Origin: Diplonema japonicum | Lineage: Eukaryota > Protista > Euglenozoa: Diplonemea | Assembly (NCBI GenBank): GCA_964019335.1 | Contig: OZ025708.1 | Coordinates: 186,001 to 250,000, forward strand | DNA length: 64,000 nucleotides | Reading direction: 5' to 3' | Shown here: one piece after another, positions 33,742 through 45,875 of the stretch | How positions within the stretch are numbered: position 1 is the stretch's first letter | Layout: the number at the start of each line of letters is the position of its first letter | The notes under the pieces: generated by a model | What the model was told of the DNA's origin: nothing | Seen by the model: the letters and a program-made list of their open reading frames with translations, nothing else | The model's database searches: none | Program-made: the position numbers and the translations under genes

Positions 33742-35850
33742 CCCAACCATGGTTTCATAAGGGTTGCAGTAGGGAAACGAGACTGGCTGCATGTCATTAC
33801 CCTCTACTGTCAGGTGAACGACAACTCTAGGCACGCCAAGAGGAACAGGGAAGCATTAATAGCCGACACTCTACTAAAATCGACACAGCTGGGAGACGTA
33901 CCCGTCATCGTGACAGGGGATTTAAATACATTGGTACAAGACTCCCTGGTACTCTCGAACGCCCTTATGCAAAATTGGACTGACGCCTCAGACAAGGTTT
34001 CACGCCGACAGGGAACTCATACCCCTCCCTCCTTTGTAACAGCGGCAGCGAAGACCAGGCCGGATTACATTCTGATGAACGCGACAGCGGCAATGGCGCT
34101 AAAGGATTGCCAGACCGTCGACATCGGGGTCCCCTCACACCGAGCTCTCAAAGTCACGATAGACATACCAAAATTCCATGAGCCATCACTGCAATACCAT
34201 CTGCCCAGGAAGATCACCCCTCACCTTGAATCCCAGGACCGGACTCCAGACTGTGACATTCTCCCTACATTGAGGGCTCTAAAAGACAACGGAGACCTGG
34301 ATGCTGCATTCTTGGCACTCTCTACGGCCTGCGAGAAACACCTCCTGAGAGACACAGCACAATCAGGGATTTCTAGTTATAGTGGCAGAGGCGAAGTGAA
34401 TAACCCCAGCTTGAGAAGATCTGCGGCCCCCTCCACGTCAACCGGATTCAGGGTGGTATCCAGGAGGTACCTGACACTTGAGAAAATCCGGCAAAGTGCA
34501 TCCACCATTATACAAAGAGTACAGAAGTTGAAAGACCCAGCCCTGCCCTATGACCTGCACAAGGGATGGGACAAAATGAAGGCGAAAGCTATCAACTTCT
34601 TGAGAGTTCACCCCGAAACATTCTCTGATGGTAACATCACCAGAGAAGCAGACCTGATTTTGAATAAAGTGGTTGCACAACAACAAGACATGGACATCGT
34701 GTCGAAAATCCAGTGCAGTGTGAAAATGAGAAGAGAACTGAATTCAGGCTTCTTGGTGAATCGAAGTGCCATCATGCAATTTGTGGCAGACAGGCCTGAG
34801 AGAGAACTGGTAGTGTCGAACTCGAATGGAATACTCTCATCCTTGGTCACGGAGATCAACCAAGCTTTCAGGTCAGAATGGCACCATATCTTCAGGAAAT
34901 TTGAAGACCACCCCGAGCCAAGTTACGCGGCTTTTGAAGAGACGTTTGGGTCACAGGTCACCCACCACCCGATGATGGACCATGCACTCACGCTGGAGGA
35001 CCTGCGGAAAGTGCTGAAAAAGAAAGAGAAACAAGAATGCACAGGGATCAACGGATGGAGATTGTGTGAACTCGCTCACTTACCAGATGCATTGTTGGAG
35101 GGGTTCATCTTCCAGAGGAGGGGGGGAGCTGGCCCAAGGCAGTCCTCACAGCTCTAGTAACAATGATCCCAAAAGGGGAATCCGAAGAACCACTAGAACA
35201 CTGCCCATTCTGGTCCACAAATGGGATACTCCAGGGCTGCCCAATCTCACTGATCTTCATCAACGCAATCCTCACCATCTTTACCAGGAAATGCATGGTG
35301 AACCTGAGGAATGCATCCTGTGTTGTATGCAGATGACCTCAACTTCACATCAGCTACATCAGAAGCTGTGATACAATGCTCCATCAACCTGCTTGGCAGC
35401 CTATGCAAGCTCACAGGGATGACCATACACCCGAAGAAAACCAGATCATTTGGGACGAAACCCAAGTACAAGGGCAAAGTACAGTTATTTGGGGAGATCT
35501 TTGACACTTCCAACCCCAAATACTGGGTGTACAGGTCTACTTCCAACCCTGCAGGAGAGAGAACTCAAGGGTCCACAAGGCCCTTGCAGAGGTCACTGCG
35601 ACCAAACTGTACCACAATTGCAAGATACAGATCATCTCTGAGAACATCCTACCATCCACCTTCTACGGCATACTCTTTGACCCAATCCCTGACTCCTGGC
35701 TGGAGAAACTGAAGAAACAGATCACATTATGTATCTGGGGGGCAGACAAACAAATCCCTCTTCGTTTCATGCTGGGAGACTACAACGAAAATGCTGCCAC
35801 AAGGCTTACAACACCTGAAGCATGAGATCAGAACACTGTTGAAGTGATGA
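33742..35850 (+). pseudogene. Degenerate non-LTR retrotransposon (APE endonuclease + RT remnants)
   Basis: VPVIVTGDLN, RPDYILMN and PSHRAL (endonuclease); CTGINGW, MIPKGE and VLYADDL (RT), spread over several frames. Confidence 0.8.
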
Positions 35851-36490
35851 CCAATATTTGGCAATAGTTTCTTGTATGAGTGTGAGAAGCTAGAAAGCAT
35901 TGATTTGAGTTGACCAATCTTTCTTCTCTTGGTTCTCATGTCTTGTATTGGTGCAAAGAACTAGAGCTAGAAACCATCAACTTGAATGCCAAGACCAATC
36001 TTTCTATTGGTGATGGTTTCTTGTCAGAGTGCAAAAAACTAGAAACCCTCAAGTTGAATTTGATGACCAATCTTTCTTCTATTGGTGATGGTCTCTTGAC
36101 AGAGTGCACTGAGTGCACCTGCATTGGTTCTTACTTAGCATGCTGTGAAAAACTAAAAACCATCAACTTGAATGTGATGACCAAGAATCTTTTTTCTATT
36201 GGTGATAGTTTCTTGTCAAAGTGCAAAAAACTAGAAACCCTTGACTTGAGCTTGATGACCAATCTTAATTACATTGATACTCACTTCTTGTATGAGTGCT
36301 AAAAACCATCAACTTAAATTCAATGACCAATCTATCTATCTTTGGTTATAATGAATCTTAATTGCATTGGTTGTTACTTTTTGTCAGGGTGTGCAAAACT
36401 AGAAATAGAAACAATCGACTTGAGTTTGATGACCAATCTTATTCTATTGATTATCACTTCTTTTTAAGGCACGAAAAACTAGAAACTGTT
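35846..36490 (+). pseudogene. Disrupted array of 25-aa LRR cassettes (BspA/TpLRR-like)
   Basis: MTNLSSIGDGFLSECKKLETL(N/D)L repeats with stops and frameshifts, directly abutting the LINE remnant. Confidence 0.8.
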
Positions 36491-36926
36491 GTTTTGAGAA
36501 GAGTGCTTACTTTTTAGTATAGACCAATGTGCGTTTTTTTTTTTACACCCCCAACTGTAAAATGAATGATGTCAGATGGAAAAAATCCCAGGGCTACTCC
36601 TCTAGACCAGTATTCGCCTCCCCAGCAACCCACCACATCCTTGAGACAACTGTACAACTATTGTGTCCTTACCAACTCAGTTGAGGATTACCAGAAAGTT
36701 TAATCAAGAGATAGATTGAGACTCTTCAGGTATCCTGCCACATACTGCAGGTACCCTTAAATGTCTCTGTTTTTTCGTTTTAAGAGCCTAAAATGCCCTT
36801 AGTGAAAAGAACTGAAATAGCAAAAAACAACCCTCTTATGACCCCCCCCCTCCAGTGTGTTAAAGTATTTAAAGTCAAACTAGAAAGAATGTTACCCACA
36901 ACACAGGAAAGGGGGAGGAGAGGGCA

Positions 36927-39900
36927 ATGCAGAATGGGCCCGATCACTACTGTGATCCTCAGCAAGCGACGGACGTGGAGCAGTACGGATTCTGCTTCAG
37001 GAGGCAAGCCGACGAGGTGTTGGCTGCCTTAAAGGAGAAGGTCGTGGCAGGAAGCAACTACTTGGACGAGGAATTTGTGCCCTGCCACAGCCTGTGCAAA
37101 GAGACGGAAGAGTCCTGGCGGCGCCCAACGGGGCTGAAAGTCAATGGGTCCAAGGCAGACTGGACGCTCACCACAAGAGACAAAACCGGTCTGACGTTCA
37201 GTCCTGATGTGATAGAGCAGGGGGATCTTGGGGACTGCTGGTTCCTCTCAGCTGTGGCTGTGGTCTGCACAAGGACGGAGCTCATGCGAAGGATCTTCAT
37301 CAGCACAGAGATCAGCCCAGAGGGTGCCTACGCCCTTCGCTTCTGTCACAACGGAGTCTGGACCCCTGTCACCATCGACGACTACCTCCCTGTAAGGAAT
37401 GGGTCCATCGCCTATGCCAGGGGAAAGGGGAATGTTCTGTGGCCCTCGCTGATCGAGAAGGCCTATGCCAAGCTTCACGGTATGAATAGACAGAAGATAA
37501 TATAAACACTAAACACTGAATACTAAACTACAATTATGAACACACACGACAGGGTCGTTTAAGCTCATCTGCAAAGGGCGGGCGAGGGATGCGTTCAGTG
37601 ACCTCACAGGTGTTCCGTGTGTAGATATTGACTTTGATAACGAAATTATTGAGATGGACCCTGACACTTTGTGGGCGGAGCTGGTGAAGTCCCACTCCAA
37701 GGGCTACCTGATGGCAGCTAGCTGTGGGAGGAAGGGTGCAACAAAGGAGGGGTACCGCGAAAAGGGCCTCATCTCAAACCACTGTTATACCCTCCTCCAG
37801 GTGAGGCAAACCTCGACTACCAAGCTGCTGAACCTTCGCAACCCTTGGGGCAGTATGGAGTGGAATGGGAAGTGGGGCAAGGAGTCGAAATTGTTAAAGA
37901 ACGGAAGAAAACTCCTTGACACAGACCGCACGACCGGCAACGGTTCCTTCTGGATGGAGCTGTCCGACTTCCTGAAGTACTTTTCCAATATCGATATCTG
38001 CATGATGCAAAAGGACTGGTTTTTCTGCAGTGAGGAGGGTGTGTTCAGCAAGTCAGCGGTCCCCAACGGGACGGCTCAGTTCTCTGATGCGTATGTGCTG
38101 GAGGTGAGCTCACCAACAGAGGCCCTCGTGTCGATTGTGCAGCGGGACAAGAGGGGTGCGGAGCAAGGGTACTGCTACAAGGACGTTGCGATGACAGTGG
38201 TGCAGGTGGTGAAGGAGGGCTTCGAACACGTGGGCAGTGTGGTGAGCAGTGTCGGGAGGATCACAACGTGCGAGGTGGAGCTGAAGGAGTCCGGTACTTA
38301 CATGGTGTTCCCCGTGTCGATACTCAACTTGGAAGAGGACACCAGTTTCACCTTGACCACGTGGTCCAGCAAGAAGATAGCAGTCAGACGCCAGGGCATG
38401 AAGGACCTCCATCTTCTCAACACCGCACTGCACTGCATGTTCATGTCGCACCCACTGCGCAAAGTCGATGAGCCTTTTGAGAACACGAAGTTTGTTCGCA
38501 TCAGCGGTGAGCGCGGGTACTGGTATTTTGCAACAAACGTTACAAAAAAGACTTTTCGAGTGCAGCTGGACTGCAGCGAGTCCACGGGGCTTGTCTCCAA
38601 CAGGGGTCTGAAGACGGACGATGCGATCCCCCCTGGTGGGAGCATGGTCCTCATGATGCTCACCGCCGATGGGTTGGGGCATCTGAAGCTGACAGAAAAG
38701 AGGAATTGCGAACTCAACGATGTGGAACCCTATCACACACCTGCGCTACCCGAGACGGCACACCTACATGTTGTGAAGGGGGGATATGGTGAAATGGAGC
38801 CGCTGCTGAGGTACTTTCCAGATGTCGATGTCTGCAAGACGTACAAGGACTGGTTCACCTGCAGTGAAGAGGGTGTGTTCCCCAACGGGACGGCTCAGTT
38901 CTCTGATGCGTATGTGCTGGAGGTGAGCTCACCAACAGAGGCCCTCGTGTCGATTGTGCAACGGGGCAAGAGGGGTGCGGAACAGGGGTACTGCTACAAG
39001 GACGTTGCGATGACAGTGGTGCGGGTGGTGAAGGAGGGCTTCGAACACGTGGGCAGTGTGGTGGGCGGTGTCGGGAAGATCACATCATGCGAGGTGGAGC
39101 TGAAGGAGTCTGGCACTTACATGGTGTTCCCTGTGTCGATACTCAACTTGGATGAGGACACCAGTTTCACCTTGACCACGTGGTCCAGCAAGAAGATAGC
39201 AGTCAGACGCCAGGGCATGAAGGACCTCCATCTTCTCACCACCGCACTGCACTGCATGTTTATGTCACCCACACCCCACCCACTGATCAAAGTCAAGGAG
39301 CCTTTTGAGAACACGAAGTTTATTCGCATCGAGGGAAAGTGCAGTTTCTGGTATTTTGCAACAAATTTGACAAAAAAGACTTTTCGAGTGCAGCTGGACT
39401 GCAGCAAGTCCACGGGGCTTGTCTCCAACAGGGGTTTGAAGACGGACGATGCGATCCCCCCTGGTGGGAGCATGGTCCTCATGATGCTCTACACTAAAGA
39501 GACGGGGCAGCTGAAGCTGACAGAATCGAGGAGTTGCGAACTCAACGATGTGGAACCCTATCACACACCTGCGCTACCCGAGACGGCACACCTACATGTT
39601 GTGAAGGGGGGATATGGTGAAATGGAGCCGCTGCTGAGGTACTTTCCAGATGTCGATGTCTGCAAGACGTACAAGGACTGGTTCACCTGCAGTGAAGAGG
39701 GTGTGTTCCCCAACGGGACGGCTCAGTTCTCTGATGCGTATGTGCTGGAGGTGAGCTCACCAACGGAGGCCCTCGTGTCGATTGTGCAACGGGGCAAGAG
39801 GGATGCGGAACAGGGGTACTGCTACAAGGACGTTGCGATGACAGTGGTGCGGGTGGTGAAAGATGAGGCAGAGCTGGACCACAGGAACTTCGAACACGTG

Positions 39901-40989
39901 GGCAGTGTGGCGAGCAGTGTCCGGTGGATCACATCATGCGAGGTGGAGCTGAAGGAGTCTGGCACTTACATGGTGTTCCCTGTGTCGATACTCAACTTGG
40001 ATGAGGACACCAGTTTCACCTTGACCACGTGGTCCAGCAAGAAGATAGCAGTCAGACGCCAGGGCATGAAGGACCTCCATCTTCTCACCACCGCACTGCA
40101 CTGCATGTTCATGTCACCCACACCTCACCCACTGATCGAAGTCGAGGAGCCTTTTGAGAACACGAAGTTTGTTCGATTCGAAGGAAAGCATGGGTTCTGG
40201 TATTTTGCAGCAAACTCAACAAAAAAGACTTTTCGAGTGCAGCTGGACTGCAACGATTCCAAGGGGTTTGTTTCCAACAGGGGTCTGAAGACGGACGATG
40301 CGATCCCCCCTGGTGGGAGCATGGTCCTCATGATGCTCACCACTCGGGAGCAAACGGCGAGTCTGACAGCAAAGATTCGATACAGTCTCTTGAACGAGCC
40401 AGACACAGAACCCTATCACACACCTGCACTACCCGAGACAGCGCACCTACATGTTGTGAAGGGGGGACATGGTGAAATAGTGCTGCTGCTGACAGCAAGG
40501 ATTGGGACGATTACTGTCGCTAAGCACGAGAGGAGGGTACAAGTAGCATGGGGAGCAGGGGTGAAGGAAGTGACAGACACAGCACTGAAGGCATTCCACG
40601 ATTTGGGTGTGAAAGAGGTGTTGACAATAGAGACCTTCGACAAAAGCACACAAACCTTTAGGAGCACACGTGACGAGGAGACCTTCCACGACATGGACAG
40701 CGTAAAGATAGTGTTCAAGAATGTTAGTGACGAAGATGCCACCATGCGAAGGCAAATAGCAGCTGCAGAGATACTTTTCTCGGATGAAAGTGAGGCAAGG
40801 GCTCGCCACGATGCGGAGTGGCAGAAGGGCATTGTTAAGGTGATGAATAAGAAGAAGGAGTACCTAAACAAAGCACCCCCGGAAAAGACTTTGCGACAGG
40901 GCGCTGCTTCTACAAAACCCCCCTTGAAGCAAGTTAAAAGGCCCCAGCTGAAGAAGGCACCTAAAGCGGAATGCTGTGTTGTCTTGTAG
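36927..40989 (+). CDS. Calpain-like cysteine protease with three tandem C-terminal repeats and CaaX box, 2 exons
   Basis: QGDLGDCWFLSA (Cys), NHCY (His), LRNPWG (Asn); intron 37480-37552 joins LIEKAYAKLHG|SF; three ~276-285-aa repeats; ends ...KAECCVVL*. Confidence 0.9.
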
Positions 40990-41968
40990 ACTCTCAGCTC
41001 CCCTCTGGAGATTTCTTGCCTGATATTTAAAAAAAAAAAAAAAAAAAAAAAAAATACCGTATTGGGTTCTCCGGGGCTGTATGGTAATGGTGTGTTCCTT
41101 CTCTGCAAGAGCACCAAATGGTGGAAGGAATGTCCAATTTTCAACGGTTTTCAACGAAAACCAAGTTCTTTTTTTATTCATCTTCGCTTTTGACAACTAT
41201 TGTCTTTATCTAGAAAAAAAAAAAAAAACGGGAAAAAAAAGGAGAAGAAAAAATAATGCTTTATGACTATATGTCTTTGTTGTTCGCGAGGCGAGGTAGG
41301 TGATTCACCCCCTCTCCACCCGCTTTGGCAGTCTTATGCGGCATTTTACTTTTTGCTTGTTCGCGGCACAAGTTGCACATCGTTATAAAATCATTTTTTG
41401 AAAGATAAATATTTGTAACAAAAAAAGAAAAAAAAAAGGGAAAACAGATATTTCCCCCACTCTCCCCAGCCGGTCAGGCAACTTTTTAAGCCTTCAAAAA
41501 GGAAAAACAAATGGCAACTTGTTGGTGAACCTTTGCAGGTCTGCCGGTTTGTACAAACAAGAACCGCCGACTCCTATTTTTTTTAAGGTCTTCAACCACT
41601 TCTCCTACGTATCTGGGTCAATGCTCGTTTTTTCTTAGGTTAACCTTCCCTTGAAAGACGGGAGAACCCTTCCCCCGAGATTGCGAGTGTGTTGTTCTGA
41701 GCTACAGGGACGTGCCTGTCATCTGTACAAGGCTGTACCGTCGCTGACTTGATTATTGATAGAAATCGCAATGGACAAAACTATCTCCCCCTTTCTCTAA
41801 CAGATGATTTTTACTCGATTTTTGTTTAATCTTTTTTAAAGTCGTCCCCTCCTTTTTTTTTGTTTTCATGTGTCTCGATACCTTTTCATTTATATTTCCT
41901 CGTTTGTAAGATCACTTTCAAAAACAAGGCTTGAGAGAGTAATAGAAACACAACAAAAAAAGAAGAAA

Positions 41969-42971
41969 ATGAACGATATGACAGTGTTCGTGAAGACGGG
42001 AGGCGGTCCACGATGTGAAAGTGTCAGGGAAGGAGACGGTGGGGAGCCTGTACAAGAAGGCGGGGTGTGCTGCTGGTTTACTCGAAGGCAGGTTCAAACT
42101 GTCTTGGGAGGGAGAGGTCCTGGACAGGAACGGGGGTGAAGAGCTTCAGGGACTTGGGCTCGTGGAGGGCTGTGTGGTCCATGTGGAGGCGAAGATGAGG
42201 ACCGCTTGTCTGAAAGAGCTGAGGGACAAGAGCTCAGAAGTGTTTTCGGAGCTTGAGGCAACTGACCCTGATCTGCTTCTGGTGGTGGAGGTGGGGGACT
42301 CTCCAGCTGTCGAAGTCTTGTCCATGAGCAAGACGGACCTTCCTTCTGGACTTCGGTTCCTCATTGTCACCGACTCCACAGGCTGTGTTACAAGTATAGA
42401 CGATGGGTTTCTTAAAGGTTGCGACCACCTGACGTCTGTTGAACTCATCCTCCCCAATGTTTCTATCATTGGTGATGACTTTTTGTCAAGGTGCACATGC
42501 CTAGAAACCATCAATTTGAATTCGATGACCAATGTTTCTTTCATTGATTCTTGTTTCCTTTATGGTAGCGAGGAAGTAAAAACCCTCGACTTGGGTTCGA
42601 TGACCCATCTTAATTATATCGGTGATTTCTTCTTGTGTTGGTGCAACAAACTAAAAACCATCGACTTGAGTTCTATGATCAATCTTTGTTCCATTGGTTC
42701 TTTCTTCATGTCTAGCTGTGAGTATCTAGAAACCCTCGACTTGAGTTCGATGACCAATCTTAATTCCATTGGTTCTCACTTCTTGGCATATTGCTTTAAT
42801 CTAGAAACCATCAACTTGAATGTGATGGCCAATCTTTCCTCCATTGGTTTTTACTTCTTGGGTGAGTGCGACAAACTAGAAGTAGAGATTTTATTTGAAG
42901 GAGAAACTGACAGTTTTAAGCTCTTGAAGTCCCATATACCAGCGGGGGTACGTTTTCAGGGAAAAAAATAA
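41969..42971 (+). pseudogene. Ubiquitin-like + LRR protein; apparent frameshift near 42008 (or sequencing error)
   Basis: MTVFVKT...ETVGSL...FKLSWEGEVL...LGLVEGCVVHV is a Ubl pattern, followed by ~7 LRRs. The copy at 62160 has two extra nt (GGGGTTCAC vs GGTCCAC) that keep the frame. Confidence 0.7.
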
Positions 42972-43011
42972 ACGGGAAAGTAATTTTATTTTTATTTTTA
43001 TTTTTATTTTT

Positions 43012-43900
43012 TTGGACGAACAAAGGACGAACATGATCTGGAGGACGGCTAAAACATGGCAGATACAGAACAATGCAAGGAGAATGCTGACTGGAGCTCT
43101 TGAGATGGTCCACCCCAAGGTAGAAGATCCAAGAGTACTGTGCAGGGATGTGGGCATGTGGCAGGAACCTACACAGCGTATATGGAACATATCTACTGGA
43201 AGTGCAAAGAGTATAATACGAAAAGAAGCGATGTACACCACGGTAATGAATTTTCCGAAGAAAGATATGCTCAATGTCTAAGACTTCATGGAATCATACC
43301 GAAAAACTGCAAGGTACTGCAGCCAGAAATTGTGCAGAAACTGCTGGTCAACATGGTAACTCTTGCGGACGCAACCAAGATGATAGCGGAGAAGAATGAG
43401 AAAAGGATACATGTCTGGAGACGCCCTGTGCTGTGGAGCAAGTACACGGTGCCAGAAATAGGATGGTTCCGTAAGCACTTGAAGATGAACTTCATAGGAG
43501 CACAGATAGTGCCGGAAGTAATCAAGTGGCTTACGAAATTAGAATGGAATAAGCAGGGGTAGCTAGACTAGAACTAGTGAAAGACTTCGAGCTAACGAGT
43601 GGGGTGTACGTTTTGGGCAGGCAAGACGACAGCACCAAGAGGGCCAACCGATTGGCAAAAATAATAGAAAAGCTGATGGGCGCAACCGAGGCACACGCAC
43701 CAAAGCCATTCATGCCCAGGGAAATAACAGAACCCGTGGCATTACGATCGATAGGTGCACCCAAGCGATTGAAGGGGGCAGAACGTGCGAAATCTTGGAA
43801 GGACAATGCACAGTACCAACTGCACAGAGAAAAGAGTGGTCCGACCCCTTCGTGCCTGACTACAGGGCACAACAACCTACCAGAACGCAGTCCACCCTTC
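43012..43900 (+). pseudogene. 3' fragment of a non-LTR retrotransposon (C-terminal zinc-finger region)
   Basis: RRMLTGAL...C..C...MEHIYWKC resembles the post-RT CCHC zinc motif of LINEs; frames are broken. Confidence 0.55.
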
Positions 43901-44047
43901 CCGCAGCCATGCATCCTTCAGCACAGAAGGGTAACAACATCCGCTAGCGTGGTTAAGAAGTTGCTCGTGCGCCAGGCGGTTTATGAAGCAACCAAAGTCA
44001 TTCTTCTTCTTTTTCTTTTTTTTCTTTTTTTATTTTTATTTTTATTT

Positions 44048-44921
44048 CCGGATTTGTACTTATATTGTTATGTGAAAAGTCCCAAATTGGGCAAAAAAAT
44101 TCGAAAAAGGTACATAATATTTACAGAACACCAACAAATAAAAAAAATCCCAGAAAATATCCCTAAAAATAAAAAATCCCAAGACGACGTTTTTTTAAAT
44201 TCCACTTCCTTTTCGACTTGCTAAGGCACCCAATAGGTGGGTTGGAAGTGCCCCTAGACGCTTACACTTCTCGAACCAGCCCCACCTCGGAAGGCGGGGG
44301 CGGAGGGCCAGGCGAGGGTGCAGGACCTCAGTGGGCGGGGGCATGGATGCAGACCTGGGTGGGAGATCGTTAAAAAGGTAAGCGAACCCTGCCCGGATTG
44401 TGGTTTCTGTTAGCTTGCGGTAAGCCTCGACACTCCAGGCAAGAATAAAAGGACGCATAATCTTTGTCCTTTTGTCAACCTCTAGCATTGCAGCTTTTGC
44501 AATCTGTGAAGGTGTCGGGGCAGCAGGGGAGGCCACGGGGCTGGCAACAGAAGCAACGGGACCGGCAACAGAAGCACCAGGCGTGGCAACAGGACTAGAA
44601 GCCGGACCAGCAGAAGTAAGAAGGGCTTCTCTTCTGTGTCTTTTCTGCTCTTTCTTTATCTGGGCCTTCAGGGCGTCAGCGTACCTTGTTTTGAAAATGG
44701 AAACCAAAAAGTAGATCTTGTATACCACAAACGTGACTTTGATTTTAATGGGGCCTGTCCTGGGGGGGGGATCAGGCCAAAAATAAAAAAAAAATAGTTT
44801 TTTGTATTGTTCTGTAAAAAGTCCCAAGTTGGGTCCAAAACCCGAAAAAGGTACATAATTTATACAGTACACTAAATTCCCAGACCATTATTAAAACTGA
44901 ACAATATAAATACAAATCCGG
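44048..44921 (-). mobile_element. Internally deleted TIR transposon, pogo/Tc2-like
   Basis: 22-bp TIR CCGGATTTGTA(C/T)TTATATTGTT at both ends, TA on the right flank. Internal ORF ...ILAWSVEAYRKLTETTIRAGF resembles a DDE_1 transposase C-terminus. Confidence 0.7.
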
Positions 44922-45278
44922 TATTTTTATTTTTTATTTTTATTTTTATATAACTTGAGCCGGGTTTTCAAGGGTGGGAGTGAAAATAAGATTTTACATT
45001 ATGTCACTCCCAGTTTACCTTGAATTAGGCCCAGGAGGTGTTTCACTCTTACCCCTGGTCGTACGGTTATAAACCGCACTTTAAACTTTAGTTTTTCTTG
45101 TTTTTACATCCGGAGTACCCTGAAATGGACTCTAAAGGACATTTAGTTTACCCCTTCATCAAAGGCTATGAACTACGATCTTTCCTGATTTTATTCCCTG
45201 TTACTTTACCAATGTTTATAAAGAGCGTTTCCAAACTGATTGCAAGACCCCTTTTTTACCCTTTTAAATGCACAACAA

Positions 45279-45322
<44 letters not shown>

Positions 45323-45326
45323 ATTT

Positions 45327-45511
45327 ATTTAGTGAAAATAAGATCGTATGATTTTCACGCGTGGTGGCAGTGGTTTAACGAGTGGGTATATGACTTCACG
45401 AGCGAAGCGAGTGCAGTCATGAATGTCTACTTCACTCGCTTCGCTCGTGAAGTAACATCAACGAGTTAAACATGCCACCACAAGTGAAAATCGGATCTAT
45501 TTTCACTAAAT
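45327..45511. repeat. ~185-bp fold-back (palindromic MITE-like) element
   Basis: Nested inverted pairs: ATTTAGTGAAAA/TTTTCACTAAAT, GATTTTCAC/GTGAAAATC, GTGGTGGCA/TGCCACCAC, ACTTCACGAGCGAAGCGAGTG/CACTCGCTTCGCTCGTGAAGT. Confidence 0.85.
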
Positions 45512-45805
45512 CCGTTGTTTATTTAACGTCAGTCAGATTTGAAAGGGTGGGGTATTACAGGTTACAAGTTACAAGTTAAAATTTTACTGGGGGTGCTTAT
45601 GGTTGATATTGATTGTCAAGGCATATCCTGTGGTGCGGGCTGTGCGTCCATGAGTGCTGACAGGACCTCGGTCTGGACCCATGAGGCTGCTGCCTGGGTT
45701 GCTGAGGTTGCCCCACTAGCAGCTGTCACCGCTGCTGGCTTGCCAAGCCCACCTCTCTCCCCTTCTGTTGAGAGAGGCGACCAGATCCTTGAGTGACGTA
45801 AAAAG

Positions 45806-45875
45806 TGAGATTCCCAGATTCGAACCGGGGTTTCTAAAACAAGAGGCCTGTGTGGTAACCACTTAGGTGATTTCT
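45806..45875 (-). pseudogene. Degenerate tRNA-like sequence
   Basis: A-box-like AGTGGTTA, T-arm CCCGGTTCGAATCTGGG and a downstream TTTTT; acceptor and anticodon stems pair poorly. Confidence 0.35.

Noticed and set aside
948-37552. Non-canonical (euglenid/diplonemid non-GT-AG) introns or an alternative genetic code
   Set aside because: Every intron resolved is GT-AG, and TAA, TAG and TGA all terminate conserved genes normally.
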